From a virus (lineage: Duplodnaviria; Caudoviricetes), in IMG/VR virus record IMGVR_UViG_3300025858_000019, positions 15,828 through 79,827 of that record: DNA of 64,000 bases; one strand, given 5' to 3'. A program made the position numbers and the translations under genes. The notes under the pieces were generated by a model, which had not been told where the DNA came from, ran no database searches, and was given only the letters and a program-made list of their open reading frames with translations. The stretch's first letter is position 1. Each line of letters opens with the position of its first letter. Positions 59,676 to 64,000 of the stretch are shown here, piece by piece.

Positions 59676-60249
59676 TTTTATACCTTTCTTTTAATGTTTC
59701 TACTAAATCAAAATATACAATAATTTTATTTAAACCATATTTTCGTTCAAGCTTATCGCGTGATAGAGAATGAATGTCTAAATGTTCTTGTGGGGTAAGT
59801 AAGATAATATTGTCTTTTAGAGCAATAAATTTACGATAGTTTTTCTTATTAAGAACATGATGAAAGAGATTATACCATAGAGGGTGTTTTTTCCAACACT
59901 GGTTCTCATCCATCTTGTCTTCATATTGTCTTAAAGGAGTTCCTGAGAGCCATGATTTATGTTCTCTGTATTGCCATATCTCTTCAAAGGCTTCTGTCTG
60001 TCCTGTGTCTTCTTTTGGCTTTGTTTTAATAGTAGATCTCATAAAAGCCTTAGATATTTTTGTAAATGTATTTAACTCTCCGATCTTATGATATACAAAT
60101 CCATTCTTTTTAGCATATTGAGTAAGGAGCCATTTTTCATCAGTTCTTTTATGTTGATGTCTTTGACAATAATTGTGACTAAATACAGGGTTATTACACC
60201 CGGGAGATTGACATTGTTTCATAATTATAAATTTAATTAAACGGATCAA
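59668..60249 (-). CDS. HNH-like nuclease with N-terminal Zn finger
   Basis: CQSPGC...YCQRH finger; FHHVLNK..Y....DNIILLTPQEH.DIH beta-beta-alpha-Me-like motif. Confidence 0.55.
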   Translation of the reverse strand: MIRLIKFIIMKQCQSPGCNNPVFSHNYCQRHQHKRTDEKWLLTQYAKKNGFVYHKIGELNTFTKISKAFMRSTIKTKPKEDTGQTEAFEEIWQYREHKSWLSGTPLRQYEDKMDENQCWKKHPLWYNLFHHVLNKKNYRKFIALKDNIILLTPQEHLDIHSLSRDKLERKYGLNKIIVYFDLVETLKERYKND

Positions 60250-60853
60250 GTAAATCTTTTGGTCTTCCGGTCTTTGGATCGATATCGTCAGGCTTTAACT
60301 GGTTTCTTCCAACCAATTCATCACCTGTCATGCCCGGAGGTATGATTCTTATTTTTTCTTTTATTGGTTCAGCAACAGGTTCTTCGACGACCTTTGGTTC
60401 CTTGGTGTATTTCCTTTTTGGTTTAGCTATAACTAAACTATTGGGTTCGGGTTTTTCAAGGTATTCTTGTTTAACCTTAATTTGTGGTTGTTCATTAAAA
60501 TTCCTTGTCTTCTCTATAAGCTTGATACAGTCTTTTTCTGCATACATAACACTAAAGACATTAAATTCTATTGGCAGTTTGTTTTGTAGTCCTAAGCGCT
60601 TTATTATGCCCTTTCCTGATAGTGTCCAACCATTAACTCTATTGGTTATCTTAAAGGCTCTACGATCATCTTCTGCTATGGCAAAATAGAAAGTTAATAC
60701 CTTGTCTTCCGGATCTTGCCCTATCAAAAACCTGGTATCTTCTGTAATATTGAATTGCTTTATGGTATGCTTTTTAAAACGAAAAGAACCATCTTTACTT
60801 AACATTACCGTATTATTATTCCAATTATGTGATTCAAACCATACTATATTCAT
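60233..60853 (-). CDS. hypothetical protein
   Basis: 206 aa; beta-rich N-domain and Pro/Lys/Glu-rich disordered C-tail. Confidence 0.6.
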   Translation of the reverse strand: MNIVWFESHNWNNNTVMLSKDGSFRFKKHTIKQFNITEDTRFLIGQDPEDKVLTFYFAIAEDDRRAFKITNRVNGWTLSGKGIIKRLGLQNKLPIEFNVFSVMYAEKDCIKLIEKTRNFNEQPQIKVKQEYLEKPEPNSLVIAKPKRKYTKEPKVVEEPVAEPIKEKIRIIPPGMTGDELVGRNQLKPDDIDPKTGRPKDLLDPFN

Positions 60854-60870
60854 AGTTTATAGTGTTTAGA

Positions 60871-61170
60871 TTAATAATATAAAAGATCATATGCAGCGTT
60901 TATCTTCTTGAACATCTCCGTCGCTAATAACTCTCTTTGAGGATTTCTGTCCGGGTGCCATTCCATAGCTTTCTTTCTATAGGCAGCCTTAATGACATCT
61001 TTAGTGGAGGGATTAGGTATGCCAAGGATCTCCCAAGGATCATCTTCATTGAGTATTTTATAACAGTCGTCCGGAGACATCCTATCACGAAAAGCTCTCT
61101 TCCATTCCCTGGCATTACCATAACCTTCTCTTTCGGGATCGTATCGCTTATAATTGTCCTGCCAAGTCAT
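60871..61170 (-). CDS. J-domain (DnaJ-type) co-chaperone
   Basis: DPWEILGI...IKAAYRKKAMEWHPDRNP...AT.MFKKINAAYDLL: complete J-domain with HPD. Confidence 0.92.
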   Translation of the reverse strand: MTWQDNYKRYDPEREGYGNAREWKRAFRDRMSPDDCYKILNEDDPWEILGIPNPSTKDVIKAAYRKKAMEWHPDRNPQRELLATEMFKKINAAYDLLYY

Positions 61171-61330
61171 ACAACCACCATTTAGTTTTACAGTATTTAA
61201 TAAAATTATTAATTGTCCAAATACGTGGTTTTATCATATCATTGCCAAAATTACATAATGCAATAATATATAGACCTTTTGGTAGAGAACGATAATAAGA
61301 TATTCCACAAATATTAATTAGTAGTTTCAT
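61148..61330 (-). CDS. 60-aa hypothetical protein
   Basis: Likely start ATG 61330 (MKLLINIC...); track ORF starts 61354. Confidence 0.45.
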   Translation of the reverse strand: MKLLINICGISYYRSLPKGLYIIALCNFGNDMIKPRIWTINNFIKYCKTKWWLYDLAGQL

Positions 61331-61475
61331 CTTTTTTCTTTTCTTTAGGTTCAAAGTGATAAATACATTTAAGATAAGTTTTCACATAAAATTTAAAGTA
61401 AGGCGCTTTACTATTTTGACAAGTTCCATAAGAGTCAATATGTTTACACTCTACACATTTTTTATTCTTTTTCAT
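61314..61475 (-). CDS. 53-aa Zn-finger-like protein (below ORF-track cutoff)
   Basis: Hand translation MKKNKKCVECKHIDSYGTCQNSKAPYFKFYVKTYLKCIYHFEPKEKKKDETTN; ATGA-coupled to the upstream gene. Confidence 0.6.
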   Translation of the reverse strand: MKKNKKCVECKHIDSYGTCQNSKAPYFKFYVKTYLKCIYHFEPKEKKKDETTN

Positions 61476-61813
61476 TTCCATTGTGAATTTTTAAAATTCC
61501 AATCTCTTAAACGATTATGTGTGTATGAAGATAATATTCTTGTCTCTGAAATCTTATAGATGGATTGATAATAATATTTGTCCTTGTCTTTTCCTATTTC
61601 AAATATCATCTCAGGGACATCATCTTTAATGTAATAACCCATATAATAGAGTTTTCTACAAAAGAATCCATTAAGGGTTGTTAGTTTTCCTATTTTTAAT
61701 TCTTCATTGGCTAAGGTTATGTTTTTTAGTTGAAGATTTTCAAATATTTCTTTTTCATTGTTACAAATATAACCTTGTCCTTGATTATCTTTAAATACAG
61801 TGAATTCTCTCAT
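61472..61813 (-). CDS. hypothetical protein
   Basis: 113-aa ORF with 4-nt overlaps at both ends. Confidence 0.6.
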   Translation of the reverse strand: MREFTVFKDNQGQGYICNNEKEIFENLQLKNITLANEELKIGKLTTLNGFFCRKLYYMGYYIKDDVPEMIFEIGKDKDKYYYQSIYKISETRILSSYTHNRLRDWNFKNSQWK

Positions 61814-62037
61814 TTGTAGTCTTTATTATATTCACGTATTAGTTTAGTTGATGTTTCAATAAGTTCTTCTGTGGCTTGTTGTCCCCACCGGAGACAATGA
61901 TTTAAAGAATATCCTTCAACATGTTGTTCATTGATGATTTCTTTCATACCATTAGGAAGTCTATTAAAGATCTCTTCAATCTTGTCGAAGTGTTTCTTTA
62001 TCTGTGCTAGTTTAGGGTTGAATTCAGATTTAATCAT
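61810..62037 (-). CDS. hypothetical protein
   Basis: 75-aa helical ORF, coupled. Confidence 0.6.
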   Translation of the reverse strand: MIKSEFNPKLAQIKKHFDKIEEIFNRLPNGMKEIINEQHVEGYSLNHCLRWGQQATEELIETSTKLIREYNKDYK

Positions 62038-62534
62038 TGGAATAAGATTTCAAGTTGTTTGTACTCAGGTTTAGTATCGATAATTAATTTTTCAATATTA
62101 CATTTAGGCGCTGGCTTATGTTCTTTCATTCTTTCTTTTAAAGCCTTTCTCCTCTTTTCGTAGATAAAGTGTCTTAAAGGTAGTAAAAATTGTGTCTGCT
62201 CATAGATAGAGAGTTCTTTCTTTGCTTCAAGAGTTTGCCAGTGATCTTCATGGAAATAGTCTTCACATACCTTACAGGATACGTGCATGTATATCTCAAA
62301 CCATTCTCCTGTTAAGGGCGCTATAGCAACTCTGGTATATATAAAAGCTACCACTTCCGGATAGGTTGCCAGTTCTTCTTTCTTTATCATAGAGGCCATA
62401 CGAGCCACCGGGATAATCTTTAATAGTCTCTGAGGTATAGTATCAGCCCAAGAGGTATCGTGAGTTAAAACCGGTGACTGTAAAGCATCAATAAGGTCAA
62501 AGGACATTTTATCGTTTATATCCATATTTTTCAA
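62034..62534 (-). CDS. conserved hypothetical protein
   Basis: 166 aa; DAL..P......WADTIP...AT..E..A..YT...APL..EW..IY pattern recalled from mobile-element hypothetical proteins, not verified. Confidence 0.55.
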   Translation of the reverse strand: MKNMDINDKMSFDLIDALQSPVLTHDTSWADTIPQRLLKIIPVARMASMIKKEELATYPEVVAFIYTRVAIAPLTGEWFEIYMHVSCKVCEDYFHEDHWQTLEAKKELSIYEQTQFLLPLRHFIYEKRRKALKERMKEHKPAPKCNIEKLIIDTKPEYKQLEILFQ

Positions 62535-62817
62535 GAATTAAAAACACTTTATTAATAATTGTTAATTCATTTGAATTACAATCAATAGATATTGCATTTA
62601 TTTCTTTAGCAAGGGTTTCTATAAGAGATTTATGAGTGAAATTACTTGCTTCAATGTAAGATTGTTTACCAAATTCTTCCATAGCATATAAGGCTTGTTT
62701 TGGAGTTATATACGGAATAATATAGTCGAGTTCTTTTGTATTGGTAAATATTTCTAATTTTTTACCAGACCAAGAACTTAATATTTCTTCTTTTGTTTTC
62801 ATCATTACTCCTTCCAA
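62509..62817 (-). CDS. hypothetical protein
   Basis: 102-aa ORF in the small-gene run. Confidence 0.55.
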   Translation of the reverse strand: MEGVMMKTKEEILSSWSGKKLEIFTNTKELDYIIPYITPKQALYAMEEFGKQSYIEASNFTHKSLIETLAKEINAISIDCNSNELTIINKVFLILEKYGYKR

Positions 62818-63035
62818 TCATTATAGATACACTGGTATAGGTAGCCACTTTTATTGGCACTAACTAACATGAATGAAGCGGTAAGGTCTTTGTCGTTATT
62901 CTTAATAACTATAAAACCTTCACCAACACTATTTTCAAAGCCAAATTCGTAAAAAGTGTTATTCTCTTTTTTATATTCATCCTCTATGGTTGAATACATA
63001 TAATTGTTGTTTACAATAAATTTTTTCATAATCAA
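62805..63035 (-). CDS. hypothetical protein
   Basis: 76-aa ORF in the small-gene run. Confidence 0.55.
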   Translation of the reverse strand: MIMKKFIVNNNYMYSTIEDEYKKENNTFYEFGFENSVGEGFIVIKNNDKDLTASFMLVSANKSGYLYQCIYNDWKE

Positions 63036-63286
63036 TGACTTTCTATTTGAGGTTCATAAGGTTGTTCTTTACAGGGTATTCCCAAGGCTTCAAGGTGCTT
63101 ACATTTACGATACCTTCTATAAGCCATGCAGGAACATCCCCAATGTTTTTTCTTTTTGTTTTGAGCAATGGTATATAACCGGTCGCTGGTTTCTGATTTA
63201 ACCTCGAATCTTAGTTGCCATTGGTCATTATCCGGGAGCATTACACTTCTGTCGATGTGCAATATTGGTAAGGTTTCTGTTTGCAT
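63032..63286 (-). CDS. SWIM-type Zn finger protein
   Basis: FEVKSETSDRLYTI...WGCSCMAYRRYRKCKHL = CxC-x8-CxH preceded by beta-strands. Confidence 0.75.
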   Translation of the reverse strand: MQTETLPILHIDRSVMLPDNDQWQLRFEVKSETSDRLYTIAQNKKKKHWGCSCMAYRRYRKCKHLEALGIPCKEQPYEPQIESH

Positions 63287-63288
63287 GA

Positions 63289-63513
63289 CTATAAATAATT
63301 AATGAATTTTAGTTTTTGTTCATTGGTTAAACCTGATGTCCAATTACGAAACAAAGAGGATATAAAAGCTTTCTTATCAGCTTTGGGCATAGCCATAAAC
63401 TGTTCCTTAGCTTGTGTATGTTGTCCATTTATTACAGATTCTACGATCATCTCGTAATATTGCATATCAGAGTGGAAGCCATAATTTTTCAATAGTCTTT
63501 TCATAATTATCAT
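63289..63513 (-). CDS. hypothetical protein
   Basis: 74-aa ORF, coupled. Confidence 0.6.
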   Translation of the reverse strand: MIIMKRLLKNYGFHSDMQYYEMIVESVINGQHTQAKEQFMAMPKADKKAFISSLFRNWTSGLTNEQKLKFINYL

Positions 63514-63767
63514 TTTACTTGTTTGTCAAGAATAGAGGCATAAGAAGCATCGTAATGAAGTGTATCACCATGTATTAGTTCAACGTCATAGTCGTTTGAC
63601 TTCATGTATTTATAAGCCTCTCTTAATGCTTTTACGGCTTCTTTTTTACTTTGGTAATGAAGAAGGTAATTATTAAACGGAAGACCTGCAACATCATTAC
63701 ATTTAATAGCATTTCGTAATTTGAAATTGCCATTAAGTTGTCCTTTTATAAGAATATCGGTTTTCAT
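63510..63767 (-). CDS. hypothetical protein
   Basis: 85-aa ORF with 4-nt overlaps. Confidence 0.6.
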   Translation of the reverse strand: MKTDILIKGQLNGNFKLRNAIKCNDVAGLPFNNYLLHYQSKKEAVKALREAYKYMKSNDYDVELIHGDTLHYDASYASILDKQVK

Positions 63768-63958
63768 AATTCAACCTTTCTTTTTATTGTTATTAGATAG
63801 AAACACCTATATACCTTGTTGTGTATTCGTATAGGATAAGAATAGAGACCGGTATCAGGGTTATATACTAGTTCATTCATTGGCTGAACTTCATAGTAAG
63901 ATGAGAACCCTAACATCCGTATCATTCTTTTCCAGATGATGATTAATATTTGCTTCAT
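63764..63958 (-). CDS. hypothetical protein
   Basis: 64-aa ORF with 4-nt overlap. Confidence 0.5.
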   Translation of the reverse strand: MKQILIIIWKRMIRMLGFSSYYEVQPMNELVYNPDTGLYSYPIRIHNKVYRCFYLITIKRKVEL

Positions 63959-64000
63959 ACTTTAGATTTACTTAGTTGTTTGATTTTGTTTATATTACTA

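Larger units (their letters stand above)
1..64000. other. crAss-like (Crassvirales-type) phage genome segment, probable Bacteroidota host
   Basis: Gene order is TerL, ~880-aa portal, scaffold-like, ~480-aa MCP, ring/auxiliary capsid, IHF-like, ring, ~1400-aa muzzle, cargo, giant DFDID RNAP, matching the crAss-like late region. Starts are AT-rich and mostly lack an SD sequence, with A at -3, as in Bacteroidota. Confidence 0.92.

Noticed and set aside
59352-63201. + strand ORFs in the early region (59352, 60330, 60937, 61356, 63004)
   Set aside because: They are antisense to a chain of translationally coupled - strand genes and have no recognisable motifs.
1-64000. Alternative genetic code (TAG or TGA reassignment), known in some crAss-like phages
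   Set aside because: ORFs tile the window in the standard code, including a 5888-aa ORF. TAG and TGA act as real stops at coupled gene junctions (for example 5051, 7404, 9191).
1-64000. CRISPR array, tRNA genes, integrase, DGR or invertible shufflon
   Set aside because: No regularly spaced repeats, cloverleaf, recombinase or reverse transcriptase motifs were recognised by eye; tRNAscan-SE was not run.

Overview
This 64 kb window is a contiguous part of a lytic crAss-like phage genome (Crassvirales-type), most likely infecting a Bacteroidota host. It reads in the standard genetic code, and no tRNA, CRISPR array, integrase, intron or intein was seen. The + strand (1-57804) carries the late genes: fibre/spike genes, a lysis cassette, terminase, portal, capsid, tail ring and muzzle proteins, ejected cargo proteins, and two terminal structural genes. 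The - strand (57852-63958) is a run of tightly coupled small early-type genes (RusA-like, HNH-like, J-domain, SWIM and other Zn-finger proteins). The two units converge on a bidirectional terminator. The main object is a 5888-aa virion polyprotein. In order it holds a membrane-type segment, a complete SF1 helicase motif set, an HExxH zincin, a crAss-type DFDID RNA polymerase, a possible degenerate SLOG domain and a C-terminal RecB-family PD-(D/E)xK nuclease. Other highlights: an ADP-ribosyltransferase-like protein with a swapped AT-rich tip inside the lysis cassette, a 17-aa lysine-rich micro-ORF in the tail operon, a structural protein built from host-type Ig domains, and apparent CCGG over-representation. 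All family assignments come from motif recognition by eye; no database search was run.
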